Positions 1-8,867 of a stretch of 64,000 nt of DNA are shown here, one piece after another. The first letter of the stretch is position 1. Every line of letters begins with the position of its first letter. This stretch comes from an uncultured Myxococcales bacterium (GTDB lineage: Bacteria > Myxococcota_A > Bradymonadia > UBA7976 > UBA1532). The position numbers and the translations under genes are program-made. The stretch covers positions 6,129 to 70,128 of the forward strand of contig CAINDO010000440.1 of assembly GCA_903847385.1 (NCBI GenBank). Direction: 5' to 3'. The notes beneath the pieces are model-generated. The model was not told the origin of the DNA, made no database searches, and saw only the letters and a list, made by a program, of their open reading frames with translations.

Positions 1-1764
1 GACTGCGCCACCAGCGACGCCTGCCCGGACAACCAGGCCTGTTTCGCCACGGGCGGCCTGCTCGGCGGCGCGTGTTTCCTGGCGAGCTGCCGCAATGATC
101 GCGACTGCGCCACGGACCCGCTGATCCAGTCGGTCTGCGACGCCGGGCAGTGCGTGCAGCAGAACGGCTGCGACCTGGCCACGGGCGAGGGCTGCGCCGC
201 CGGCCTCGAGTGCTGGCAGCACAACGGCGTGGGCGTCTGCCTGGAGAGCTGCAACTTCTTCTCGGATCCCGCCTGCGCCGGCGGCAACGCCTGCGCCCCG
301 GTGAGCGTGGACGGCGGCGGCTACTGCACGCCCGCCGGCCCCGGCGGCGTCGGCAGCCTGTGCGAGACGCAGGCGGACTGCGGCGCCAACCTGTACTGCG
401 TGGACGACGGCGTGGGCAACAAGAGCTGCCGCACGCTCTGCGACACCGAGAACGCCGCCGCCTGCCCCGGCGAGACCTGCATCAGCCTCGGCGGCAACGT
501 GGGCGTGTGCATCGCGCCCTGCGTCGGCGAGTGCAACGCCGGCGACGCGCGCTGCACCGCCCAGGGCGTGCAGACCTGCGGCCAGACGAACGACGACCTC
601 TGCCTGGAGTGGGTGCCCGCGGTGGCCTGCGGCGCGGGCCTCGGCTGCAACGACATCACCGGCACCTGCGAGCCGTCCTGCCGCAACGACGCCGACTGCG
701 CGGATCCCATCATCCCGATGGCCTGCGTGCAGGGCGCCTGCAAGGTCCAGAGCGAGTGCGATCCGGCGACGGGCATGGGCTGCCAGGCCCCCGAGCAGTG
801 CCTGCTCGCCACCAACAGCGGCGGCGGCGTCTGCCTGCAGTCCTGCGACGCCCTTTCCCCGGCCTGCGCCGGCGGCAACGCCTGCGTGCAGTTCGGCAAC
901 GCCGCCTACTGCCTGCCCCCGGGCCCCGTCCCGGCCGGCGGTGCGTGCGCCCTGGCCACGGACTGCGCGGCGGGCACCGCCTGCCTGCAGGACGCGGACG
1001 GCAGCCACTGTTACCCCCTGTGCAACGTGCAGATGCCCGGCAACGTCTGCGTCGCCGGCTCCGCCTGCACCGATCTCGGCATCGACGGCCGCCTCGGCGC
1101 CTGCGTGTCGAGCTGCCAGGACGAGTGCCTGGACGGCACGAGCCTCTGCTCCGCCGACGGCACCGGCACCCAGACCTGCGGCCAGTTCGACGACGACGCC
1201 TGCCTGGACCTCAGCCCGGTGACGGCCTGCGACAACGAGCAGCGTTGCAACCCCAACACCATCGCCTGCGAGTACTACTGCGACATCGACGCCCACTGCC
1301 CCGAGGGCTTCGGCGTGCCCTACGCCTGCGTGAACCACGAGTGCGTGGCGCGCGACTGCCGCGTGGGCATGGACAACTGCGCCCCCGGCGTGGCCAACAC
1401 GGTCTGCATCCCCTCGGACCCTGCCAACGCCGCCGTCGGCATCTGCCTGGGCAACTGCGATCCGCTGAACGCCGCGTCCTGCGGCGCCTTCGGGGCGTGC
1501 GACTACGTGGGCGGCGCCAACGGCACGCTCGAGTTCGTCTGCCTGCCCGCCGGCGCCACGGCCGAGTTCGAAGACTGCAGCCAGGCCCGCTGCCAACAGG
1601 GTCTGGGCTGCCTGCCCTTCAACGACCCGATGACCGGCGACTTCCAGGCCTGCGTGGCGTACTGCGACACCACACGCGGCAACGCCGACTGCGCCGGCTT
1701 CATGGGCACCACCTGCAGCCCGGTGCAGGACCTCGGCGCCAACGTCGGCATCTGCCTGCCCTGA
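1..1764 (+). CDS. Cys-rich repeat surface/secreted protein, 5'-truncated by window edge
   Basis: Frame 1 is open from base 1 (DCATSDACPDNQACF...) to TGA at 1764; dense Cys modules (CxxxxxC...GxCxxxC); strong GC3 codon bias. Confidence 0.85.
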   Translation, partial: DCATSDACPDNQACFATGGLLGGACFLASCRNDRDCATDPLIQSVCDAGQCVQQNGCDLATGEGCAAGLECWQHNGVGVCLESCNFFSDPACAGGNACAPVSVDGGGYCTPAGPGGVGSLCETQADCGANLYCVDDGVGNKSCRTLCDTENAAACPGETCISLGGNVGVCIAPCVGECNAGDARCTAQGVQTCGQTNDDLCLEWVPAVACGAGLGCNDITGTCEPSCRNDADCADPIIPMACVQGACKVQSECDPATGMGCQAPEQCLLATNSGGGVCLQSCDALSPACAGGNACVQFGNAAYCLPPGPVPAGGACALATDCAAGTACLQDADGSHCYPLCNVQMPGNVCVAGSACTDLGIDGRLGACVSSCQDECLDGTSLCSADGTGTQTCGQFDDDACLDLSPVTACDNEQRCNPNTIACEYYCDIDAHCPEGFGVPYACVNHECVARDCRVGMDNCAPGVANTVCIPSDPANAAVGICLGNCDPLNAASCGAFGACDYVGGANGTLEFVCLPAGATAEFEDCSQARCQQGLGCLPFNDPMTGDFQACVAYCDTTRGNADCAGFMGTTCSPVQDLGANVGICLP

Positions 1765-1866
1765 TCCCCCCGCCGTCAGGGAGATAACGCTCTCTTCGGT
1801 ACGGTTCCTGCATGCCGCGCGGGCTTCCCGCACGTTCCGCTGCCGGACCCGAGGATACCGAAACCG

Positions 1867-3792
1867 ATGAAGACGCGTCTCTCCGCCCTCACCCTGCTCT
1901 CCGCCCTGGGCACCCTGGCCCTGGGCGGCTGCATCAACAACGCCGACAAAGCCTCCACCGACACCGAGGACGCCACGGCCAGCGGCGGCGCCGGCGGTGC
2001 GCCCGCCGAGGGAGACGCCGGCCCCGGCGGCGCCGGCGGCTCCGGTGCGCCTGATCGCGACGCCGCCGTCGAGGCCGACGCGGCGACCGGGGGCACGCTC
2101 ACGCCCGACGCCGCCGTGCCCCCGCCCCCCACCTGCGACCAGGAAGACGCCAACGCCGGCAACGGCGGTCAGGCCACGGCCACGCCGGTGCTCGTCGGCT
2201 CCAGCCGCAGCGACCTGTTCCTGTGCGCCGGCACCGAGGACTGGTACACGCTGACGCTGGACGCCGGCACCTACGTCGTCTTCCAGATCACCGCCGATCC
2301 GGTCGAGACCGACCTGGACCTCTTCCTGACGGACGCCGACGGCAACGTGCTCACCCAGAGCGCCACCGAGACGGGCGCCGAGCAGATCGCCTTCACGGCG
2401 GAGACGACGGGCGCGTACTTCCTGCGGGTCGTCGGCGGCTTCCGCGACGTGGCCGCCCCCTACGGCCTGAGCGTGACCTCGGCCTGCCGCCTGGACAGCG
2501 ACTGCGGCGCCGACCAGATCTGCTCGCTCTTCAGCGGTCAGTGCGAGGACGCGCCCGCCGCGGCCTGCGGCGCCGACGCCGCCGAGGAGAACGACCGCGA
2601 CGCCGCGGCCTTCGCGCTCGACGTGGCCGGTGGCCCCTTCGACGCCGTCATCTGCGGCGCCGATCCCGACTGGTTCAAGGTCACGGTCGCCGACGGCGAG
2701 GACCTGGACGTGCTCGTGAGTTTCCCCGCGGGCGAGGACCTCGACCTCGTCGTGCGCAACCTGAACACCGGCGCCCTGGTGGGCACGGCCGCCGGGGACG
2801 CCAACAGCAACCCCGAGCGTCTGCACCTGTCCCACCTCGCCGCGGGTGACTACGCCCTCGGCGTGCTGTTCTACGAGATGGACGCCGGCGGCACCCGCGA
2901 GGTGTCCTACCGCATCGACGCCGCCACGGCCGCGGGCAGCTGCGCCACGGACGCCGACTGCACCGGCGCCAACGGCCCCATCTGCGACGCCGCGACGGGC
3001 GCGTGCGGCCCCGTGCCGGACGCCGGCCGCGTGGCCATCGGCGGTCAGTGCGGCAACTCCGCCGACTGCGCGGACGAGGGCGCGTTCTGCGCGGCGGCCG
3101 GCCCCGGCGGCGCCGACAACTACTGCACGATCGAGTGCGGCGGCGACGACGCCGAGTGTGCCGCCCTGGGCGACGGCGCCTACTGTCTGCGCAGCATGGG
3201 CGTGCAGGTCTGCACCCGGGCCTGCAGCGCGGACAACCAGTGCAGCGCCACGCGCGAGTGTGTCGACGGCCGCTGCCAGCGCCGCGCGCAGTGCGCCTCG
3301 AACGATGACTGCGACGCCGGCCAGGTCTGCGCGCAGACGCCCTTCGGCGCCTTGGTCTGCCAGGACCTGCCCCCGCCCGCCGACTGCGGCCAGGACGCCA
3401 ACCCGGACGGCACCGTGCGCGTGGACGACGACGCCGAGCACGCCGTGGCCCTCGCGGCCGACGGCGCGCCCCTCGAGGGCCAGCACATCTGTGACGGCGA
3501 CCGCGACTGGTTCCGCGTGACCGTGCCCGCCGAAAGCGCCGCGGACGCCCTGGTGGCCACGCTGTCCTTCCGCGCCGGCGTGGACCTCGACCTCTATGTG
3601 CTCGACGCCGCGGGCAATACGATCGGCGGCGCCGCCAGCGCCGACCAGACGGATGAGATCGCCACGCTGCGATTCCTCCCGGCCGGTGACTACTTCCTGG
3701 TCGTCGACCAGTACGCCAGCGACGCCCTGGCCGACACCGACTACCGCATCGTGGCCGTGCTCCAGGCCAACGAGGACCGCTGCACGGTCTAG
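1867..3792 (+). CDS. Lipoprotein with three PPC-like (pre-peptidase C-terminal) domains and Cys-rich repeats; ends at an in-frame TAG but the frame continues to 4083
   Basis: Lipobox LGGC; three DWY/DWF...DLDL motifs; the frame after TAG 3790-3792 stays coding-like. Confidence 0.85.
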   Translation: MKTRLSALTLLSALGTLALGGCINNADKASTDTEDATASGGAGGAPAEGDAGPGGAGGSGAPDRDAAVEADAATGGTLTPDAAVPPPPTCDQEDANAGNGGQATATPVLVGSSRSDLFLCAGTEDWYTLTLDAGTYVVFQITADPVETDLDLFLTDADGNVLTQSATETGAEQIAFTAETTGAYFLRVVGGFRDVAAPYGLSVTSACRLDSDCGADQICSLFSGQCEDAPAAACGADAAEENDRDAAAFALDVAGGPFDAVICGADPDWFKVTVADGEDLDVLVSFPAGEDLDLVVRNLNTGALVGTAAGDANSNPERLHLSHLAAGDYALGVLFYEMDAGGTREVSYRIDAATAAGSCATDADCTGANGPICDAATGACGPVPDAGRVAIGGQCGNSADCADEGAFCAAAGPGGADNYCTIECGGDDAECAALGDGAYCLRSMGVQVCTRACSADNQCSATRECVDGRCQRRAQCASNDDCDAGQVCAQTPFGALVCQDLPPPADCGQDANPDGTVRVDDDAEHAVALAADGAPLEGQHICDGDRDWFRVTVPAESAADALVATLSFRAGVDLDLYVLDAAGNTIGGAASADQTDEIATLRFLPAGDYFLVVDQYASDALADTDYRIVAVLQANEDRCTV

Positions 3793-4083
3793 GGCAACGA
3801 GTGCGCGGGCACCGAGCCCCTGCGCATGGCCTGCGACGCCATGACCGGCGCGTGCGGCAGCTTCGACGGCGCGGGCATGGTCGCGCTGGGCAGCCTCTGC
3901 GACAGCGACGACGACTGCGGCGCCGGCGCCGAGGTCTGCTGGACCTTCGAGGGCGCGGCCGGCTCCCAGCGCGGCGCCAACATCTGCACGCACACCTGCC
4001 AGGCCGAGGGTGACTGCGCCGACGTGCCCAACACGACCTGCGTGGACTTCCAGCAGGCCGCCGTCTGCCTGCCGGGCAACTGA
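3793..4083 (+). pseudogene. In-frame C-terminal continuation of the 1867 lipoprotein beyond a premature amber stop
   Basis: Same frame as 1867; CDAMTGACG...G.VALGSLC...DC...N.CT matches the internal repeat CDAATGACG...GRVAIGGQC...DC...NYCT. Confidence 0.7.
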
Positions 4084-4150
4084 GACGCGCACGTCGTTGC
4101 GCTCTCGCCGCTGAACGTATCAGATGCGCGGACCTTCTCCGGAGTCCGCG

Positions 4151-5683
4151 ATGTCTTCACGCGTTCGATGTCTTGCGGGGCTGCTCGCGCTGGCCCCTGC
4201 GGCCGCCCGGGCGGCCGATGAGGCCCCCGCGCCGTTCCACCGGGTCGGCGAGCACACCCAGCCGCGCGCCCGCCTGACGTTCCGCCCCTGGGCCACGAAA
4301 CTCACGGCGCCGGTGTCGATGTCCCTGGGGGGCGAGGCCGTGGGCGCGTTCCCCGTCGACGCGGAGGGCACGCGCTACGCCCCCGACCCGGCGATGGACG
4401 CCGAGGTGCGCGTGGGCCTGGGCTTCTCCACGGCGGACGCGCTCTCGCTGCTGAACTTCGAGGCGCAGTACGAGCAGGACCTGCACACGGGCTGGATGCT
4501 CGGCGGCACGCAGGGCTTCGACGCCGTGGCCCCGCCCTTCACCGCCGGCACGGAGAACCCGCTGCGCAAGGCTTACGCCCGCCTGAGCGTCGGGCCGTTC
4601 GTCACGCTGACCGGCGGTTACATGACGAGCCACTGGGGCCTGGGTCTGTTGGCCAACGACGGCGCCCACGGCTTCGAGCCGGGCTCGGCACGTTTTGCCA
4701 AACCCCGTGGCGGTGACCGCGTGCTGCGCGGCGCCGTGGCGACGGGACCCTGGACGAGCGGCAAGGTGCTGCTGCAGGTGGCCTACGACCAGGTGCAGGG
4801 GGACGACGTGCTGCTGTACGACGACGAGGCGACGCAGATGGTCGCCGCGCTGATCGTGGGGTACGGCGCGCCGCGCACGGCGGGCCTGTACGGCGCGCGC
4901 CGGCACCAGAAGACGGACGACGGCCGCACGACGGACGTCACGGCCATCGACGCCTACGGCCGCTGGACCCAGACGCTCGGCACGCTGAAGCTCACGGGCG
5001 AGTTCGAGGCGGCCTACCTGACCGGCGAGACGCAGCTCTCGCCCACGCCCGAACACGTGCGCCACGACCTGCGCCAGTTCGGCGCCGCCGGGCGGATCGG
5101 CCTGGACGCGGGCTGTTTCGGCGGCGTGCTGGACGTGCTCTACGCCTCCGGCGACCAGAACCAGGACGACGCCGAGATCAACGCCTTCAAGGCCGACCCC
5201 AACTTCGAGATGGGTCTGTTCCTGTATCGGCACGTGCTCTCGGCCATGTCTTCGCGCGCGCCCATCCGGGCGGCCGATCCCGAGCTCGTGGGCCGCCCCG
5301 CGCCGGATCTGGACCGCGTGCCCACCCGCGGCAGCGCGACGAACACACTCGCGTTCTTCCCTCGCGCGTACTGGCGGCCCGTCGACGGTCTGGAAGTGTT
5401 CGGCGGCCCGCTGCTGGCCCTCTCGGCCGCGCAGCTCGCCGATCCGCGCAACACCCGCCTGGCGGGCGGCGATCCGCACAACGCCTTCGACGCCGAGCCC
5501 GGGCGCTACCTGGGCACGGAGCTGGACGCGGGCGTGCGCTACAGCCTGCTCCACGACGGCATGGTCGTCTCCGCGGGGGTCGAGGGCGGCGTGCTGCTGC
5601 CCGGCGGCGCCTTCGTGGACGCGGACGGCAAAGACATGGCGAGCGTCGCCGGGGGTCGCAGCACGCTGCGGCTCTCGTTCTGA
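4151..5683 (+). CDS. Outer-membrane beta-barrel protein (porin/alginate-export-like)
   Basis: GGAG RBS at 4141; signal peptide; amphipathic beta-strands, WGLGLLANDG and YLGTELD motifs; C-terminal Phe (LRLSF). Confidence 0.75.
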   Translation: MSSRVRCLAGLLALAPAAARAADEAPAPFHRVGEHTQPRARLTFRPWATKLTAPVSMSLGGEAVGAFPVDAEGTRYAPDPAMDAEVRVGLGFSTADALSLLNFEAQYEQDLHTGWMLGGTQGFDAVAPPFTAGTENPLRKAYARLSVGPFVTLTGGYMTSHWGLGLLANDGAHGFEPGSARFAKPRGGDRVLRGAVATGPWTSGKVLLQVAYDQVQGDDVLLYDDEATQMVAALIVGYGAPRTAGLYGARRHQKTDDGRTTDVTAIDAYGRWTQTLGTLKLTGEFEAAYLTGETQLSPTPEHVRHDLRQFGAAGRIGLDAGCFGGVLDVLYASGDQNQDDAEINAFKADPNFEMGLFLYRHVLSAMSSRAPIRAADPELVGRPAPDLDRVPTRGSATNTLAFFPRAYWRPVDGLEVFGGPLLALSAAQLADPRNTRLAGGDPHNAFDAEPGRYLGTELDAGVRYSLLHDGMVVSAGVEGGVLLPGGAFVDADGKDMASVAGGRSTLRLSF

Positions 5684-5694
5684 GGAGAGAACCC

Positions 5695-8600
5695 ATGAAG
5701 TCATTCAAGCACAGCGCTCTCCTCGCCTTCTCGCTCGGCCTCGCCGCGACGGGGTGTTTCTCGGACGCCCCCGAGGGCCTCGCCCAGGCGGACGACGCGC
5801 ACACCACGGTCAAGTTCGACTTCCTGCACAAGCCGCTGCCGGAGATCCCGCTGCCGAACGACGTGGCCACGCGCTACGACCCGGACTCGGCCACGCTCCG
5901 CCGCGTGAACGCCTCGATGATCGCGCCGACCGCGCTCGAGCGCCGCACCCGCACGCTGCTGGACGGCCTGGACGGCTGGGGTCTGTTCCAGCCCATCACG
6001 GTGCCTTTCACGGGCCCGCTGGACATCCAGTCGATTCTCGACGCCCACCGCGACGCCGACTACGACTTCAGCGATGATGTCATCTATCTCATCAATATCA
6101 CTCGGGATTCTCCGGACTTCGGCAAACCCGTGGCCCTCGACCTGGGCAACGGCAACTACCCCGCCGGCACCGAGAGCCGCGAGGACTTCTGGCCGAACGA
6201 TCCGCGCGCCGGCACCATGTCCATCACGTTCGAGGAGTTCGACGAGGACGAGAACGGCAACGGCGAGCTCGACCCCGGCGAGGACACGGACTCCGACGGC
6301 GTGCTCGACCGGCCGAACTACCTGCCGGGAAAGAAGCCGGCCTGGGACGATCTCGCCGCCCGCGAGGACGCCCTCATGTCGTTCTACGAGCGCGAGACGA
6401 ACACGCTGATCGCCGTGCCCGTGGTGCCGTTGCGCGAGCGCACGACCTACGCCGTCGTGGTCACGAAACGCCTGCGGGACGCGGACGGCGACCCCGTCGG
6501 CTCGCCCTTCCCCTTCATCAATCACGCGTCTCAAACCGAGGCGCTCTCGGTGCTGCCCGAGGTCCTGCCCAACGGTCTGTCGCTGGACGACGTCGCCTTC
6601 GCGTTCAGCTACACCACGCAGACCACCAGCAGCGAGTGGCAGGCCGTGCGCGACGGCCTGTACGGCCACGGCGTGCAGAAACACCTGGCCTCGGAGTTCC
6701 CCGCCGAGATCACCTCGCTGGAGTTGGCCAAGGACGCCGCACGGTTCCCCAAGTCCACGCGGCTGTCCACGCTCTTCGCCGAGGAGTTCGACATCCCGTT
6801 TCGTCTGTTGAACACGGCCATCGGCGGCATCGATCCCAGCTCCGAGGCCATGACCCGGCTGATGGACGGCTACCAATACATCGACTACCTGGTGATGGGC
6901 AGCTTCGACTCGCCGCAGCTCTTCGACCGCGAGGACGCCGAGGGCAACCCCCTGCCCATGGACGCGCAGTCCTGGCCGACGGACCTGGACCGCGTGCCCG
7001 CCAAGGCCCGCGCCGAGAAGGTCTATTTCACGCTCGTCACGCCCCGGAAGGAGATCAGTTCTCGGAAAGATGGCAAACCCGCGCCGGTCGTCATCCTGGG
7101 TCACGGCCACGGCGGCAACCGCTTCACGGCGCTGAACTTCGGGCCCTACTTCGCGCGGCATGGCATCGCCGTGCTGGCCATCGACAACCCCGGCCATGGC
7201 ATCAGCATCGCCCCCGAAGACAAGGAGCAGGCCAAGACGATCCTGGGCGGCTTCGGCATCGGGCCGTTCATCGACTCGGTGTTCAAGGACCGCGCGCTGG
7301 ACATGAACTTCGACGGTCTGACCGACTCCGGCGGCGACTTCTGGACGTTCTATCTGTTTCACACGCGCGACAACGTGCGGCAGTCCGCGCTCGATTACAT
7401 GCAGTTGATTCGGATCCTGCGCGGCTTCGACGGCAAACACCGCTGGGACATCGACGTGAACGGCGACGGCAAGAACGACCTGGCCGGCGACTTCGACGGC
7501 GACGGCGAGGTCGACGTCGGCGGCAGCGGCGCCATCACCATGACCGGCGGCTCCCTCGGCGGCATCATGGCCATGCTCATGGGCGACCTGGAGCCGGAGC
7601 TCGACGCCGTCGCCTCCATCATCGGCGGCGGCAGCCTGGGGACCATGTCGCGGCGTTCGATCAACGGCGCCGTGCGGCGCGCCATCGTGCTGCGCGCGTT
7701 CGGCCCGCTGTTTCTGGCCACGCCGACCGACGACGGCAAGACACGCGTCGAGACGATCGTGCCCGATCTGGACGGCACGCCGGCCACCCGCACGCTGGCC
7801 ACGATCGCGAAGATCCCCGCCGGCGCGACGATGGTGGTGGAGAACCTGGCCAACGGCGAGCTCGGCTGCGGCCTGCTCTCGGCGGACGCCCTCGGCCGCG
7901 CCCCCGTGGCCGCGGATCTGGGCGATCCGCTCCGCATCCGGTTCTACGCGGGCGACATCGTGCGCGGCAAAGACTGCGCGCTCGCCGACGGCGCCCGGGA
8001 GATCGCCGAAGTCTCGACCTTCGGCGAAGAGACCGTGTTTCAGGACCAGGCGTACGGCGCCGGCGATCCGCTCGTGGCGCTGGCCGAGGGCATGGGGCTG
8101 CAGCGCTCGTCGCCGGACTTCCGTCGGTTCGCCGGCCTGGGGCCGCTGGTCATGGACCGCGCGGACCCCGCCGTGTACGCGCGGCATCTGTTGAACGAGC
8201 CGCTGACCTACCCGGGCACCGGCCAGAAGACGGGCGCGCACGCGCTGGTCACCACCGCCATCGGCGACCTGAACGTGCCCGTGGACTCGGGCATGACCTT
8301 CGCCCGCGCCGCCGGCATCCTCGACTACCTGAAGCCCAACCCGGCCTTCGGCGTGCCGGACAACCAGGTGCTCATCGACCACCACGTGCCCGAGGGCATG
8401 GACGAGCTGAAGCGATACACCGATCCGGACGGCGTGGGTGTGTTGCTCGATCCCAACGACTTCAGCGGTGACACCGATCTGTGGGCCGGCCGCGTGCCGC
8501 GCCTGGACCCGCCGCTCCGCTCCGGCTTCGACACGAAGGACGCCCTCGGCGGCCGTTCTGCGGCGATCTTCGCCTACGGCAGCCCCCAGGGCATGCACGG

Positions 8601-8835
8601 CTTCGACCCCCCCGGCGAGATGATCGACGCCGCCCGCGAGCAGTGTGATGCCGCCTGCACCACCGGCGACTGCGACTGCAACACACTGGAAATCTTCGAC
8701 GTGGGCAGCTTCCACTTCAACCTGATCGCCGAGTACCTGCTCTCCGGGGGCACAACGCTCAACCCCGACCCGTGTCACAGCCGCAACGACTGCCCGGCGA
8801 TCCCGGCCCCGCCGGCCCGGCGGACGGGGCTTTGA
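5695..8835 (+). CDS. Large lipoprotein alpha/beta-hydrolase (extracellular lipase-like)
   Basis: Lipobox ATGC; IPLPND N-terminal motif; GHGHGG; nucleophile elbow GGSLGG; late His (GMHGF); several DxD/NxDG Ca-binding loops. Confidence 0.8.
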   Translation: MKSFKHSALLAFSLGLAATGCFSDAPEGLAQADDAHTTVKFDFLHKPLPEIPLPNDVATRYDPDSATLRRVNASMIAPTALERRTRTLLDGLDGWGLFQPITVPFTGPLDIQSILDAHRDADYDFSDDVIYLINITRDSPDFGKPVALDLGNGNYPAGTESREDFWPNDPRAGTMSITFEEFDEDENGNGELDPGEDTDSDGVLDRPNYLPGKKPAWDDLAAREDALMSFYERETNTLIAVPVVPLRERTTYAVVVTKRLRDADGDPVGSPFPFINHASQTEALSVLPEVLPNGLSLDDVAFAFSYTTQTTSSEWQAVRDGLYGHGVQKHLASEFPAEITSLELAKDAARFPKSTRLSTLFAEEFDIPFRLLNTAIGGIDPSSEAMTRLMDGYQYIDYLVMGSFDSPQLFDREDAEGNPLPMDAQSWPTDLDRVPAKARAEKVYFTLVTPRKEISSRKDGKPAPVVILGHGHGGNRFTALNFGPYFARHGIAVLAIDNPGHGISIAPEDKEQAKTILGGFGIGPFIDSVFKDRALDMNFDGLTDSGGDFWTFYLFHTRDNVRQSALDYMQLIRILRGFDGKHRWDIDVNGDGKNDLAGDFDGDGEVDVGGSGAITMTGGSLGGIMAMLMGDLEPELDAVASIIGGGSLGTMSRRSINGAVRRAIVLRAFGPLFLATPTDDGKTRVETIVPDLDGTPATRTLATIAKIPAGATMVVENLANGELGCGLLSADALGRAPVAADLGDPLRIRFYAGDIVRGKDCALADGAREIAEVSTFGEETVFQDQAYGAGDPLVALAEGMGLQRSSPDFRRFAGLGPLVMDRADPAVYARHLLNEPLTYPGTGQKTGAHALVTTAIGDLNVPVDSGMTFARAAGILDYLKPNPAFGVPDNQVLIDHHVPEGMDELKRYTDPDGVGVLLDPNDFSGDTDLWAGRVPRLDPPLRSGFDTKDALGGRSAAIFAYGSPQGMHGFDPPGEMIDAAREQCDAACTTGDCDCNTLEIFDVGSFHFNLIAEYLLSGGTTLNPDPCHSRNDCPAIPAPPARRTGL

Positions 8836-8867
8836 TGCGGGGGGGGCGTTGACCGGGAATCGACGCG

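Noticed and set aside
3790-3792. Pyrrolysine or alternative genetic code
   Set aside because: Single instance; TAG terminates other genes in the window; no pyl machinery is visible.
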